Origin: a phage
Sequence record: OZ335964.1
Direction: 5' to 3' (one strand)
DNA: 64,000 bases
The position numbers and the translations under genes are program-made. Numbering within the stretch: position 1 is the first letter of the stretch; every line of letters begins with the position of its first letter. A model generated the notes under the pieces. The model did no database searches. It had not been told where the DNA came from and was given only the letters and a program-made list of their open reading frames with translations. Shown here piece after piece: positions 33,749-44,305 of this stretch.

Positions 33749-36700
33749 ATGGCAGATTTATTAAATCAACATTTTAAAGCCACATTTGGCTTTGATGCTG
33801 GTAACGAAAAAGTCGTTAATGTAGCACTTGCAGATAAGAACACTCTCACTGATGCCGTTAACGTCGAATTTTTCAATTACCATAACGGTATTACGCAGTA
33901 TGACACAACTCGCGGTTATGATCAATACGGTACTGCAATCTATCAAAACCGTCCTTACTATGCAAAAGAAGATATCGCAAAACCAGCCGGAGAATTTGAT
34001 CCGACTAAATGGCAAGCACTGCGTACTGATCCACGTTGGGATTACATTGCAGCGACGTCCGGCGATACTCCCTTAAAGTCCGGTGATTATATCGCGGCGG
34101 ATTGCCAATTTGCAAACTTGACTTTCTCTATGCCTAACAAACCAGCCGAGGGAGATACTATAACAGTAAAAGATATCGGTGGCAAGTGTGGCGTAAACGA
34201 ATTATCGTTCCTTAGTTCCGGTCATGAGTTCTATCATAACGGAAACGTGTATAATCGCAAGTGGTATTGCACTACCCCTTATTCTATGGTGTATTTCATC
34301 TTTGCTCGTAACCGTTGGCATGTCTATCAGACTGGAACGGAGCCGCGCGGGGTATATGCACAACCAGCGATCGATCCTATCCAGATGCAGAACGGCGATC
34401 AGATATTCCGTCGCAGTGCGTTAGGTGAAATCAGTCTCGTGTTGCCTAAATTCGCTAATAATGGTGATGTGGTTTATACCACGGATCTGGATGGTCTGAC
34501 AGCAACCAACCACGTTACGATCAAGACTCATGAAGGAGCGCCGGATCATTCAATTGGCGCGGCTGGCGTGAAAGAGATTGTTGGTAAACGTAGCGGTCAT
34601 GGTGCATTCATCTTTGATATTGCAGAAAACTTATGGCGTGTCTGGGATGGCGACCAGTCTGTTCGTTTAAATCCGATTGTATCGGATACCCGTTTATCTC
34701 CGAATAGCTATGTTGCTGTATTTGGTGACAAAGATGTTACTCTGACTCTTCCTAGCAATGTAGAAATTGGTGACCGTATTCAGGTATCTATGCAGTATAT
34801 GCACGGAAACCAGAATTGCAAAATCGTAACTGCTGACGCAGATACAAAAATTCTTATGCAAAAGAATATGTTACAATTCCCTAAACGCAGTGAATACCCA
34901 TTCAACGGCGTTAATACATGGGGCGAAGTAACAGAATTATCATTCAATGCAGAGAAAGATTATGTTCCTTATCTGGAGTTCTCTTATACAGAAGGTGATG
35001 ACGGTAAGAAACACTGGTTGATTGCACATGCTCACCCGATGGTTGAACGCGTCGATCCTAAGCGTAAAGCGCGTGTAGGTGTTATTGCACTGGCTACTCA
35101 GGAAGAAACCAATAAAAACCATGAAGATAATCCTAACGATGAAGTAGCAGTTACCCCAAAAATGCTGGCTAACAAAACCGCAACCGAAACACGACGCGGT
35201 ATTGCTCGCATTGCTACTCAGGCGGAAACTCATCAAAATACTGGTTCCAACTTCCTCGATGATGTTATTGTTACGCCTAAAAAGCTGAATAACTGCGTTG
35301 CTACCGAAGAACGACGCGGGGTACTGGAAATCGCTACCCAGAATGAAACTAACGAAGGCTTAGACGATACCCGCGCTATTACTCCTAAGAAATTAGAAGA
35401 ACGTCGCGCTAGCGAAACTCTGGCAGGGATCGCGGAAATTGTAACTAATGGCGGTAAAGCTGCAACCGTTCGCGGTCAAACTGGCACTGGCATTTATGAT
35501 ATTAATGACCATGCTAAGATTGTTACCCCGCATAACCTGAATGAAGTTAAAGCTACCGAAACGTCTCGCGGTGTGGGTTATCTGGCAACTGATGCAGAAG
35601 TGCAAGGAGCAACGGAAACAACGCCACAAGATGCATTATTCATCACTACCCGTACTTTAACTAAGCGCACAGCAACAGAAACACGCACCGGGATCGCGGA
35701 GATTGCAACTCAGGAAGAAACCAACTTAGGGCAAAGTGATAACCATATTGTTACGCCTAAAAAGCTGCATACTCGCCGTGCTACTGAAACACTTCACGGT
35801 TTGGCTGAAATTGCCACACAAGACGAGTTTGACGCAGGACGCGATGATGCTCGCATTTCTACCCCGTTGAAGATTAAAACTTTCTTTGAACGTGCACAAC
35901 GTCTGAAAGTAGATCCGACTCAAGGGCTTAATCTTGAGGGTAATTTGTGGGATGGTATCACGATTCGCGGTTTGGATGCAAATGAAACCACTAAAGGTGT
36001 TGCTAAAGTTGCTACCCAGCAATTAACCGATGAAGGTCAAGATGATACTACCATTATCACGCCGAAAAAGCTACATGCTAAAAAGGCAACAGAAGATAAA
36101 GAAGGTATTATTCGAGTTGCTACAGAAGAAGAGGCTAAAGGTGGTGATTTAGGTAATGTTGCAATCACTCCTAAAACCTTTAAACTGGTTGTTCAGGATG
36201 CAGAAGACTGGAAAGCTACCGAAGGACGACGCGGATTCCTGAAAGTATCAACCAAAGAAAACTGTTTCGTTGGTGACAATTTACAGGGTTCTACTCAAGC
36301 ACTTGAACAATACCAGCATGAAGGGATTGCCGTAACTCCACGCGGTTTAAACTATGCTCTTGATAATTTCTTACCGAAAATGGCAACCGCTCAGAATAGT
36401 TTGAAATTAGGCAACGTAGAGGCCGCTAAATGGGCGCGTAGAGACGTAGATCAGGTTATTGAGTCCAACTATACCTTTAATAAAAAAGTCACTGTAAAAG
36501 GCGAATTAGAGGGATTAAAATCTGGATCGTTTGAAACTCTTTATATAACCAAAAATTCAACAGAAGAGGCGAGTACAGGGAATCTTGTTTTAGGTCTTCG
36601 TGGACAGAATGGTCATACCGGAATTGCACTGCATGGAACAACCGGAGACGTTGAGAACTCATGGGCTATGCTGGTAGGTGGCACTGGAACGAATCAAATC

Positions 36701-37480
36701 ACCAGTCCAACGGCAATTGCTTTTGGTGGAATTAATGATGTTGGTTATATTGACCATTATGCTTTTGCAATTGAACGTAATGGTGATGTTGCAGCATATC
36801 AGGATTTTATCGCAGGTCGTAACCTGATGGCTAAATCAGGTGGTCTTTACATCGGTGATCATGAAAATGCGGCAATGACTTACGCTTCCGGTGTTCTTAA
36901 TATTGGACACGGTAAAGTAAACTTTAAGGCTGGTTATCAGGAATTGACCACAGAGATCGCAGGACAGAAATATCAAATTGTTCATGCAGGAAACGCTGAC
37001 GAAGTTCTTAACCGTCAATTTGTTAAGAATGCTGGTGATACGATGACCGGAAAGCTGATTATGGACAATGCCGCAATTGTTTCTGTTAAACATGAAGCAA
37101 CGGCAGCAACCGCACCAGCCATCGGTAATATCGGCTTCTGGAATATGCGCGTGGCAACACAGAATATTGCAGACACCTACCCAGAAAAGAAAAATGGTAC
37201 ATTGATGCAATGGGGTACTGATGAAAACGGCCTTACCCAAATCTGGTCGCCTGATGGTACTCATAAGCATTATATCCGTTCCGGTACAGATGGTCAATGG
37301 ACCGCATGGGGCGAAATTTACACCAAACAGAACAAGCCTACTGCTCAGGAAATCGGGGCAGTGGTTGCCGAAGGTGGTTTGATGAACTCTATGACGGTGC
37401 GTGACTGGATCAAGGTTGGTAATGTTAAAATCATCGCCAATAATCTGACTCGTACCGTAGATTTTATCTGGGAAGACTAA
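33749..37480 (+). CDS. 34: long tail fibre proximal subunit gp34
   Basis: 1243 aa (T4 gp34 1289 aa); first of four + strand late genes; internal ~40-aa repeats. Confidence 0.75.
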   Translation: MADLLNQHFKATFGFDAGNEKVVNVALADKNTLTDAVNVEFFNYHNGITQYDTTRGYDQYGTAIYQNRPYYAKEDIAKPAGEFDPTKWQALRTDPRWDYIAATSGDTPLKSGDYIAADCQFANLTFSMPNKPAEGDTITVKDIGGKCGVNELSFLSSGHEFYHNGNVYNRKWYCTTPYSMVYFIFARNRWHVYQTGTEPRGVYAQPAIDPIQMQNGDQIFRRSALGEISLVLPKFANNGDVVYTTDLDGLTATNHVTIKTHEGAPDHSIGAAGVKEIVGKRSGHGAFIFDIAENLWRVWDGDQSVRLNPIVSDTRLSPNSYVAVFGDKDVTLTLPSNVEIGDRIQVSMQYMHGNQNCKIVTADADTKILMQKNMLQFPKRSEYPFNGVNTWGEVTELSFNAEKDYVPYLEFSYTEGDDGKKHWLIAHAHPMVERVDPKRKARVGVIALATQEETNKNHEDNPNDEVAVTPKMLANKTATETRRGIARIATQAETHQNTGSNFLDDVIVTPKKLNNCVATEERRGVLEIATQNETNEGLDDTRAITPKKLEERRASETLAGIAEIVTNGGKAATVRGQTGTGIYDINDHAKIVTPHNLNEVKATETSRGVGYLATDAEVQGATETTPQDALFITTRTLTKRTATETRTGIAEIATQEETNLGQSDNHIVTPKKLHTRRATETLHGLAEIATQDEFDAGRDDARISTPLKIKTFFERAQRLKVDPTQGLNLEGNLWDGITIRGLDANETTKGVAKVATQQLTDEGQDDTTIITPKKLHAKKATEDKEGIIRVATEEEAKGGDLGNVAITPKTFKLVVQDAEDWKATEGRRGFLKVSTKENCFVGDNLQGSTQALEQYQHEGIAVTPRGLNYALDNFLPKMATAQNSLKLGNVEAAKWARRDVDQVIESNYTFNKKVTVKGELEGLKSGSFETLYITKNSTEEASTGNLVLGLRGQNGHTGIALHGTTGDVENSWAMLVGGTGTNQITSPTAIAFGGINDVGYIDHYAFAIERNGDVAAYQDFIAGRNLMAKSGGLYIGDHENAAMTYASGVLNIGHGKVNFKAGYQELTTEIAGQKYQIVHAGNADEVLNRQFVKNAGDTMTGKLIMDNAAIVSVKHEATAATAPAIGNIGFWNMRVATQNIADTYPEKKNGTLMQWGTDENGLTQIWSPDGTHKHYIRSGTDGQWTAWGEIYTKQNKPTAQEIGAVVAEGGLMNSMTVRDWIKVGNVKIIANNLTRTVDFIWED
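35040..36250 (+). repeat. tandem coding repeats within gene 34
   Basis: About ten ~40-aa units of form ATETxRG(I/V)AxIATQxE...ITPKKL (RRGIARIATQAETHQN, RRGVLEIATQNETNEG, RTGIAEIATQEETNLG, LHGLAEIATQDEF...). Confidence 0.6.
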
Positions 37481-37484
37481 TTAA

Positions 37485-37505
37485 AAGGGGGCGAAAGCCC
37501 CCCTA
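37485..37505 (+). other. GNRA-type stem-loop between genes 34 and 35
   Basis: GGGGGCGAAAGCCCCC, same sequence as the hairpin 3' of td. Confidence 0.4.
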
Positions 37506-37515
37506 TGGGGTTATT

Positions 37516-38655
37516 ATGACACAAGAGATAGAATTACGCAATACTGGAATTAAGTTTGCGCATTTCGACGAAGACTCCGCGACATTTACAAGCATTTCAG
37601 AAAACAACTCTGTGATGTATAAGCTGGAAGTGCGCGGATCTAATGCGGATTCTTCCAAACCAGCAAGGATTAGATTTAATGGAGTGGAGATCGTCGGGAC
37701 TGGCTATGAGACTGGCCTAAACTTTAAAGTTCTTACTCCAACTGGACAATTGCACGAAGAAAAGGTATTCTATGGTCGTGGTGCTGTATTGGCAATGCGT
37801 GATTATCTTTCTTTACTGAAAGGGGATTATATTATCGCAATGGCATCACATGGAGAACTATTTGCAGATGTTGTAAGTGATGGCATATTTGCTAAGTTAG
37901 GATCTGTATCATTCCCAAATCACATTTTGTTACAGCAAATGCCTCGTGTGTCCTATGCTGCAATTTATTCTACTAAAATGGGTAAAATTGTGTGCGAAGG
38001 GATGCAAGCAACGCACGGAGAAGGTCAAGATTCGTCTATACAAATTGAGAAAGTTTATGATACTATAGACGATCTTGCAATTACAGGAACACCACAACGA
38101 TTTTTAGATTATCCGGTCGAGTATGTTAGCGAAGATGCCGAACATTTCGAGCTAATACAATGGCCTCATGATGAGATCAGCGCACCACTTGAAGATTTTA
38201 ACATCAAGACAGGTGACAAACTATCAATATCTTTTGAATTGTTCCGTGATAGTGCCGCAGCCGCAGCCAACGTAACAGCGCGATTCTTCCATAACTATTT
38301 TATGGAGGGTCAATATAAAACTGGCGTTCGTTATAATGCCAGCCAGAAAGATCAATGGGAAAAGTTCGAAGCTGTTTATACTGTACCGGAAGGTGTCGAT
38401 AGTGTAGTAACTGGTTGTATCAGATATCCAACCAACTCCAATGAAGGTGTTGTTAAGGTTAGAAACATCCTGATCACTCCTATAAGTGGTGTCGTCAAAA
38501 CTACCGGACCTACTTCCTTTGGTGTTAACGGTATTAGAACAACTCACATTCAGGATAACGGTGATTTTACTAACCCTGTTATGAGTCTTCTTAAACTACC
38601 TAGAGACAATAAACATATCACATCCAACAACTTTAAAGAGTTCGATGTTGATTAA
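37516..38655 (+). CDS. 35: long tail fibre hinge protein gp35
   Basis: 379 aa (T4 gp35 372 aa); position 34-35-36-37. Confidence 0.6.
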   Translation: MTQEIELRNTGIKFAHFDEDSATFTSISENNSVMYKLEVRGSNADSSKPARIRFNGVEIVGTGYETGLNFKVLTPTGQLHEEKVFYGRGAVLAMRDYLSLLKGDYIIAMASHGELFADVVSDGIFAKLGSVSFPNHILLQQMPRVSYAAIYSTKMGKIVCEGMQATHGEGQDSSIQIEKVYDTIDDLAITGTPQRFLDYPVEYVSEDAEHFELIQWPHDEISAPLEDFNIKTGDKLSISFELFRDSAAAAANVTARFFHNYFMEGQYKTGVRYNASQKDQWEKFEAVYTVPEGVDSVVTGCIRYPTNSNEGVVKVRNILITPISGVVKTTGPTSFGVNGIRTTHIQDNGDFTNPVMSLLKLPRDNKHITSNNFKEFDVD

Positions 38656-38666
38656 CATTTTTAACA

Positions 38667-38696
38667 AGCCGATCCTCGTGGTCGGCTTTATTTTTA
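38667..38696 (+). terminator. rho-independent terminator after gene 35
   Basis: AGCCGA..TCGGCT hairpin followed by TTTATTTTTAT. Confidence 0.6.
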
Positions 38697-38816
38697 TACA
38701 GTTGGTTAAAACATAACCAAAACGAAGAAAGATCTTTAGAATAATAGAAAATTTGTTTCGGCTAAAAAATAGTCAGTGCCTACGGCACGTCGCGAAGCGA
38801 TATTTTGTTAACATTC

Positions 38817-38824
38817 TATAAATA
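38817..38824 (+). promoter_or_regulatory. T4-type late promoter
   Basis: Exact TATAAATA ~34 nt upstream of gene 36 ATG. Confidence 0.6.
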
Positions 38825-38857
38825 CTCGGAACTATAACTAATTTTTGAGGTTACTTT

Positions 38858-40348
38858 ATGGCAGATTTGAAACATGGATCTACTGTAGGTGGATCTCCCA
38901 TTTGGACGCAAGGAAACTTGACGATCCAGCCAGCGGGTGATCAGCTTTTCTACAAAGGTCATAAAATCTATACCGCTTTTGATAAACCTTCGGCTGCCGA
39001 TTTTGATGCTGTTAGTGCATCCGAAGGTGGTACATTTCAGAAACTGGTCCATTTTGAGGAAGGTTTAAGCGTAGGTAGCGCATCGGCGGGTGAAACCAAA
39101 AAGAATGGTATCTTTAAAGGCCAGAGTGATGCTGCTAATTTTGACGGTGTAAGCTGGGGTTTGCATTCATGGAAGTCAATCGGCTTTGTTAATGCCCGTG
39201 ATGGCGTTATCATGGCGTATATTGACACCACAACGGGCGAATTTAAGTCTAAAGGGACTATCGAAGGGACAACCATTAAAGACACAGGTCAACGCGTCTA
39301 TAGCCCTGTTAATAAACCAACGAATAATGATTTAGATTTGGTGTCTCGTCGCGGTGATACCCTCACAGGAACATATAATTTAAACACTGTCACTGTTAAA
39401 CTATCGGTTGATTCGAAATTAATTGCAAGGGAACGTGATTTAATTAATTTTGATGCGACTAAGATCTATTATGGTAACGTTCTTGATACGTTGGTCTTCC
39501 GAAGTAAAGATGAGCCTACCATTTTTGTTAATGGCAAAGAAGGTCGTTTTTATCACACCAACAATAAACCAACTAAAGCCGATGTTGGACTAGGCAATGT
39601 CACCAATGATGCACAGGTTAAACGTGCTGGTGATATTATGGAAGGCAACTTGCAAGCGCCTAGAATGCTGGCGACAAACGATCCTGCTGGTCCTAATGAA
39701 TTGGTTCGTTTGAGCTACTTTGAGAAAAAATCAATGGTAGCAAATCCAACCATCATTGGAAACGTTGATTGGAACACTCTTATTAATCGCGGTATCTATC
39801 GTGTGGAAAATGCTGGATCAGGTACTAATAAACCGTCTGATAGCTATTATAACGGCGTTTTGATGGTATATCGCCCAGAAGATGCGGTCGGTACTCGTCG
39901 AATTGTTCAGGTGTATTATCCTGAATCTATTGACCATCCGATGTGCTGGCGTTCTTGTTCTAATGAATCGTGGACTGCATGGAACTATGTAGATCACCGT
40001 AAATTAGCCGATATTCGCTATGTTAACGTAACTGGCGATACCATGACAGGACCGTTAACTGTTCCGGCTGCAAATGGAGTTAGAACGGCTAAAACTAACT
40101 ATAATGGGGATAATTGCTATGCGGCTTTAAGTGGTGCTGATGGCACTGCTATGATTCACCGTATTAGTGATATTAAAGGGACCGAAAAGCTGGGGATCAC
40201 CCACGACTCAAAGGTCGTGTTTTTCCGTTCTAGAAACAATACTCAAACCGTAGACCGCTATCAGCTTTATCATGAAGGTAATAAACCAACTCCGGCTGAT
40301 GTTGGCGCAGTTCCACTTAATGCGGTGATTGATTTTGGTACTTTCTAA
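38858..40348 (+). CDS. 36: long tail fibre distal subunit gp36
   Basis: 496 aa; N-terminus MADL as in genes 34 and 37; repeated NKPT(K/P)ADVG motif; synteny. Confidence 0.6.
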   Translation: MADLKHGSTVGGSPIWTQGNLTIQPAGDQLFYKGHKIYTAFDKPSAADFDAVSASEGGTFQKLVHFEEGLSVGSASAGETKKNGIFKGQSDAANFDGVSWGLHSWKSIGFVNARDGVIMAYIDTTTGEFKSKGTIEGTTIKDTGQRVYSPVNKPTNNDLDLVSRRGDTLTGTYNLNTVTVKLSVDSKLIARERDLINFDATKIYYGNVLDTLVFRSKDEPTIFVNGKEGRFYHTNNKPTKADVGLGNVTNDAQVKRAGDIMEGNLQAPRMLATNDPAGPNELVRLSYFEKKSMVANPTIIGNVDWNTLINRGIYRVENAGSGTNKPSDSYYNGVLMVYRPEDAVGTRRIVQVYYPESIDHPMCWRSCSNESWTAWNYVDHRKLADIRYVNVTGDTMTGPLTVPAANGVRTAKTNYNGDNCYAALSGADGTAMIHRISDIKGTEKLGITHDSKVVFFRSRNNTQTVDRYQLYHEGNKPTPADVGAVPLNAVIDFGTF

Positions 40349-40350
40349 TT

Positions 40351-40378
40351 TTAGCGGGGATTATCTCCCCGCTTTTCT
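40351..40378 (+). terminator. rho-independent terminator after gene 36
   Basis: AGCGGGGA-TTAT-CTCCCCGCT hairpin followed by TTTTCT. Confidence 0.65.
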
Positions 40379-40418
40379 AAATAATATTATTCTAATAACC
40401 GTTTAAGGATTTTATAAA

Positions 40419-43049
40419 ATGGCAGATTTAAGCAGAATCCAATTTAAACGCACTAGCACTAAAGGCCGTCGACCTGATGCTGGTACGATGAATCCGGGGG
40501 AATTGGCAATCAATCTTGCGGATCAATATCTTCTTACTAAAAATGATTCCGGTGCTATTATCAATTTAAGTTGTCCTCCGGTTTATGACCGTGATGTTAC
40601 AATGGCGGGTAAAGTTAAAGGAAATAATTATATTTTAAGTAAAACCGCTAACTATCTGGAAGATCAGACAGCGCGAGATCTTAACTACTTTGGTGCTTTC
40701 CGTACCAATGGTCTTGATGGTTTTCTCGAACTCACGCTAAACGTTCCTCATTCTTCTGGTGTTCAGCATGGTCGAGGATTTACTTTCCAGTATGGACACA
40801 CAGGAAACCGTGTAGAAACTTATGGTTATAATAAAGAAGGACAAAAAGCATTTAGTTATAAAATGTATCACGAAGGTGATAAACCAACTCCAGGAGAATT
40901 GAACGTCTATAGCAAACAAGAAATTGACCGTATGTTTGTGAAAAACGTTAAAATGTCTGTTCCTTCCGGTGACGCAACTCGTGGTTACTTTAAGATCGCG
41001 ACCGCAATGATTCCGCAGAATGGTCGAATGGCATTTTTACGAATTTACGGCGGAAACGGATATAATGTTAACTCCTACGACCAGGTTGATTTCCTTGAAA
41101 TTGTGATTCGCGGTGGTAATAATAACCCTAAAGGTGTTAGTATTGCTGCATATCGTCGAAATTCTTTGAACGTACATGAGGTATTTGCAATTAATACTTC
41201 CGGTGATAACTATGACATTTATGTTAACTATGGTCGTTACACCGATAACGTTATTGTCGAGTTTGGAAAAACTGTTGATGTTGCATTGACTGTTCATGAT
41301 GTTCCTGAATTTTCTGCGACTAAACCAGCAACCGGAACTAAATTTGATGCTCGTGTTATTACGATGTTCAACACCGAAAACAAAGCCGGAACGTTGATGT
41401 TTGATAATAACTCACAAGCAACCTATGATATTGTGAGCCTTAATAACGTACCAGACAACAATAAAAAATATATGCGTAAATTCCGCAGTCGTGCGGCGGA
41501 AACAATATGGCATGAAACTGTTCAAGGTGATGTGTATCGTTTGGCTACTGGTTCTACCGACCAAAAAGAAGTATTAAAAATTGTTGGTAGTGATGGTTTA
41601 TTTGTCGATAGACTTCATCTGCAAGGCAATAACGCGATTCGTATGTGGCGTCCTACTGGTCGTAGTAACTATTTTGAATATATGGATCAGCGAGATGGTG
41701 CTAATAAGCGTCAAGGTTGGTTTGGCTTTGGTTCTATAGATACTAACGATTTTCAATGGTATAGTGACGAAGGTAAAAACTTTGTTAAGCTAGAAGCAAG
41801 TGGTCAAGTATCTTTAAGTACTGGTGCGACCAAAATTGTATACACTAATGGTCAATATGTAGCTGCCAATTCTGATGCATACCGTATGATCTTTGGTAAT
41901 TACGGTGCATTCTGGCGTAATGACGGCACTAAAGTTTATCTTCTTTCTACGGCTGAAAATGATAAATTTGGTGGCTGGAATACCTACCGACCGTTTATCT
42001 ATAATTTAGTATCTGGAAACGTTGATTTGGGTGGTGATACCACAGCCTCCGCATTGACCTTAGAAGGTGCAAGCAAAACCGCTCGATTTGGTGGTCATGT
42101 TTATACAGGCGGTAACTTACATAATACAGGTCAGTATATAACTATGGAGGCCGGACTTGCTGGTCAATCAATGGATTATATTCGTTTTAACCATTGGGGT
42201 AGTAGCAGCACCGGACGAAATAACATCTTGTATGTTGAAGACAGCAAAGGTCGTCATTTTTCTACCGAACGTTCTTCCACAGGAGCACTTAAAGCTGACT
42301 TTTTAGGTGAACTCGAAGTTGGTGGTAAGCTGACATGGGGTAAGGGTACAGCTAAATCCTCGTTTAACTTACGAGTGTGGGGCAATGATTCCCGTAAACA
42401 AGTGTTTGAATGTGCGGACGAAAGCGGTTGGCATTTCTATACCCAGCGTGCGGGTGGTCCTGGAACTAATGTAATTGAGTTTAACGTAAACGGTAGGATT
42501 ACTGTTCCTGAATTATATGTTGGTACTGCTGCATCAATATCTAAAATCAATGGTGCTTTTGGTGTCGGTACTACTAATGGATTAGGTGGTAGTTCAATTA
42601 CTCTGGGTGATAGTGATACTGGCTTTAAGCAAAATGGCGATGGCAACCTTGATGTTTATGCTAACAACGTTGCAGTAATGCGTTTTACTTCTGGTGCGAT
42701 TACCGCAAACAAACAATTGAACGTATCTGGTCGTGTTAACCCGTCTGATTATGGAAACTTTGATGGTCGTTATATCAAAAAGACCAGAGGATGGACTAGA
42801 ATATGGACGGGTACACTAGGTGGGAATACTCAGACCGGAACATTGCCTCAAGACCTTCGCTACCGTAACGTGTGGATCGTAATGGCTGATGGATTTAAAA
42901 ACTTCTTCCGTTTTGGTGATGACGGTACTTATTATCTGTCTGGTTATGGAGGTTGGATTAAAATGCAACTTCACTCTAGTGGTAAGATCTTTAAAAATAT
43001 TCAAGACCATTATTGCGTTCCTCGCGAAATTTGGGTTGAAAACGAATAA
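40419..43049 (+). CDS. 37: long tail fibre distal subunit / receptor-binding protein gp37
   Basis: 876 aa; N-terminus MADL; Gly-rich C-terminal region; immediately upstream of holin t with no gene 38-sized ORF between. Confidence 0.65.
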   Translation: MADLSRIQFKRTSTKGRRPDAGTMNPGELAINLADQYLLTKNDSGAIINLSCPPVYDRDVTMAGKVKGNNYILSKTANYLEDQTARDLNYFGAFRTNGLDGFLELTLNVPHSSGVQHGRGFTFQYGHTGNRVETYGYNKEGQKAFSYKMYHEGDKPTPGELNVYSKQEIDRMFVKNVKMSVPSGDATRGYFKIATAMIPQNGRMAFLRIYGGNGYNVNSYDQVDFLEIVIRGGNNNPKGVSIAAYRRNSLNVHEVFAINTSGDNYDIYVNYGRYTDNVIVEFGKTVDVALTVHDVPEFSATKPATGTKFDARVITMFNTENKAGTLMFDNNSQATYDIVSLNNVPDNNKKYMRKFRSRAAETIWHETVQGDVYRLATGSTDQKEVLKIVGSDGLFVDRLHLQGNNAIRMWRPTGRSNYFEYMDQRDGANKRQGWFGFGSIDTNDFQWYSDEGKNFVKLEASGQVSLSTGATKIVYTNGQYVAANSDAYRMIFGNYGAFWRNDGTKVYLLSTAENDKFGGWNTYRPFIYNLVSGNVDLGGDTTASALTLEGASKTARFGGHVYTGGNLHNTGQYITMEAGLAGQSMDYIRFNHWGSSSTGRNNILYVEDSKGRHFSTERSSTGALKADFLGELEVGGKLTWGKGTAKSSFNLRVWGNDSRKQVFECADESGWHFYTQRAGGPGTNVIEFNVNGRITVPELYVGTAASISKINGAFGVGTTNGLGGSSITLGDSDTGFKQNGDGNLDVYANNVAVMRFTSGAITANKQLNVSGRVNPSDYGNFDGRYIKKTRGWTRIWTGTLGGNTQTGTLPQDLRYRNVWIVMADGFKNFFRFGDDGTYYLSGYGGWIKMQLHSSGKIFKNIQDHYCVPREIWVENE

Positions 43050-43091
43050 GGAAAACTCCCAGGGAAGGGAAACTACTAAGGAGAAACGGCT

Positions 43092-43331
43092 ATGGTCTAT
43101 AATATCGTCATTGGTGCTTTGTCTAATTTCGGAATGAAATTATTGTCAAAGTTAATTAGTGAAAAGATGCTCACTAAAATTTTCTTCTACTGCGCTCGTC
43201 GTCTTGCGGCGTATACCAATACGCCAATTGATGATCGTTTTGTGGAAGAACTTTATAAGGAGTTTAATAAAGATCAGTCAGAAGATAGCAACGAGCAAAA
43301 TAAAAATAGTGATAGTCAAGTACCTAAATAA
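43092..43331 (+). CDS. hypothetical small protein
   Basis: 79 aa; hydrophobic N-terminus, acidic C-terminus; occupies the position of T4 gene 38 but is too small and shows no adhesin-like Gly-rich motifs. Confidence 0.4.
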   Translation: MVYNIVIGALSNFGMKLLSKLISEKMLTKIFFYCARRLAAYTNTPIDDRFVEELYKEFNKDQSEDSNEQNKNSDSQVPK

Positions 43332-43364
43332 GAGTACACTGTCATAGTTATTTTAGGGCATTAT

Positions 43365-44021
43365 ATGCAAGTTTCTGAAAAAGAGAAAGACTTTGCTATC
43401 TCAAATGTCCTGCGCGCTATTTTCACAACTAAAAGCACGGAGTTGCTCGTACTTCGTGTTTTTGCTGCCGTCGTGTTGTCCATATTAGCATTTGTCGTTT
43501 ATAGCAAAAACGAGTTATTTGCCTTGTATAAAGAGACTCGTTATGAGACTTATGCTCACGTTCTCCAGGTAGAGAAAGACCGCAATTTTGATAATGCAGC
43601 ACAGGAGCAGTTACAGATAGTTCATGTGTCGGCTGATGCCGATTTTTCTGCTGTTTTTAGTTTTCGTCCGAAAAACCTAAATTATTTTGTTGATTTGGTG
43701 GCATATGAAGGAAAGCTACCGCATACAATCGATGAAAAAAATTTAGGCGGATTTCCTATCAATAAAACGAGTGAAGAATATCGTAGGCATCTTTTAGGTA
43801 AATCCTATTTTACCGATAAAGATTTCCAGTATATTCCGTCGAGGGAGAAAAAATTAGAGAATATCGATATAGGGTTTATGTATTCTTGTCCTATATTCAA
43901 TCTCGATAATGTCTATTCTGGTAGTATCGCCATTGCATGGAAGAATAAACCGGATATTGACATTGAGAATTTAGATACTCTTTGCAATCAATCTGCCAGA
44001 ATCCTCGGAAGGATTAGATAA
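43365..44021 (+). CDS. t: holin T
   Basis: 218 aa (T4 T 218 aa); LEQLQIVHVSADADFSAVFSFRPKNLNYFVDLVAYEGKLP and MYSCPIFNLDNVYSG match T4 holin almost residue-for-residue. Confidence 0.85.
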   Translation: MQVSEKEKDFAISNVLRAIFTTKSTELLVLRVFAAVVLSILAFVVYSKNELFALYKETRYETYAHVLQVEKDRNFDNAAQEQLQIVHVSADADFSAVFSFRPKNLNYFVDLVAYEGKLPHTIDEKNLGGFPINKTSEEYRRHLLGKSYFTDKDFQYIPSREKKLENIDIGFMYSCPIFNLDNVYSGSIAIAWKNKPDIDIENLDTLCNQSARILGRIR

Positions 44022-44025
44022 CTTA

Positions 44026-44058
44026 AAGGGGAAGCCTTTCGGCCTCCCCTTCTTTTTT
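44026..44058 (+). terminator. rho-independent terminator after t
   Basis: GGGGAAGCC-TTTC-GGCCTCCCC hairpin followed by TTCTTTTTTATT. Confidence 0.65.
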
Positions 44059-44305
44059 ATTGGCGCATAGAAGCCCCTGAATCACATTTTGACGCTGTAT
44101 GATGAAAACATGTAGCGTACCAGTCATCGGCTTGTTTGTCTTCGTCAGAGAACGCATAGTTTCGTTGTATGCCGTTTTCTACTTTGACCAGTACAATAGC
44201 TGTTTCTGGAAGATCAATCAATCGGACAAAATCACCATCTTCCCACTCTACACGAGCAATATCATAACCCATCTCAAAATAAACAATCGCTTGCTCTAAT
44301 CTCAT
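44057..44305 (-). CDS. hypothetical protein
   Basis: 82 aa ORF. Confidence 0.4.
   Translation of the reverse strand: MRLEQAIVYFEMGYDIARVEWEDGDFVRLIDLPETAIVLVKVENGIQRNYAFSDEDKQADDWYATCFHHTASKCDSGASMRQ

Noticed and set aside
33761-37297. Several minus-strand ORFs inside genes 34 to 37 (for example 36836..37297)
   Set aside because: All antisense to the long tail-fibre genes, which have strong late promoters and conserved motifs.
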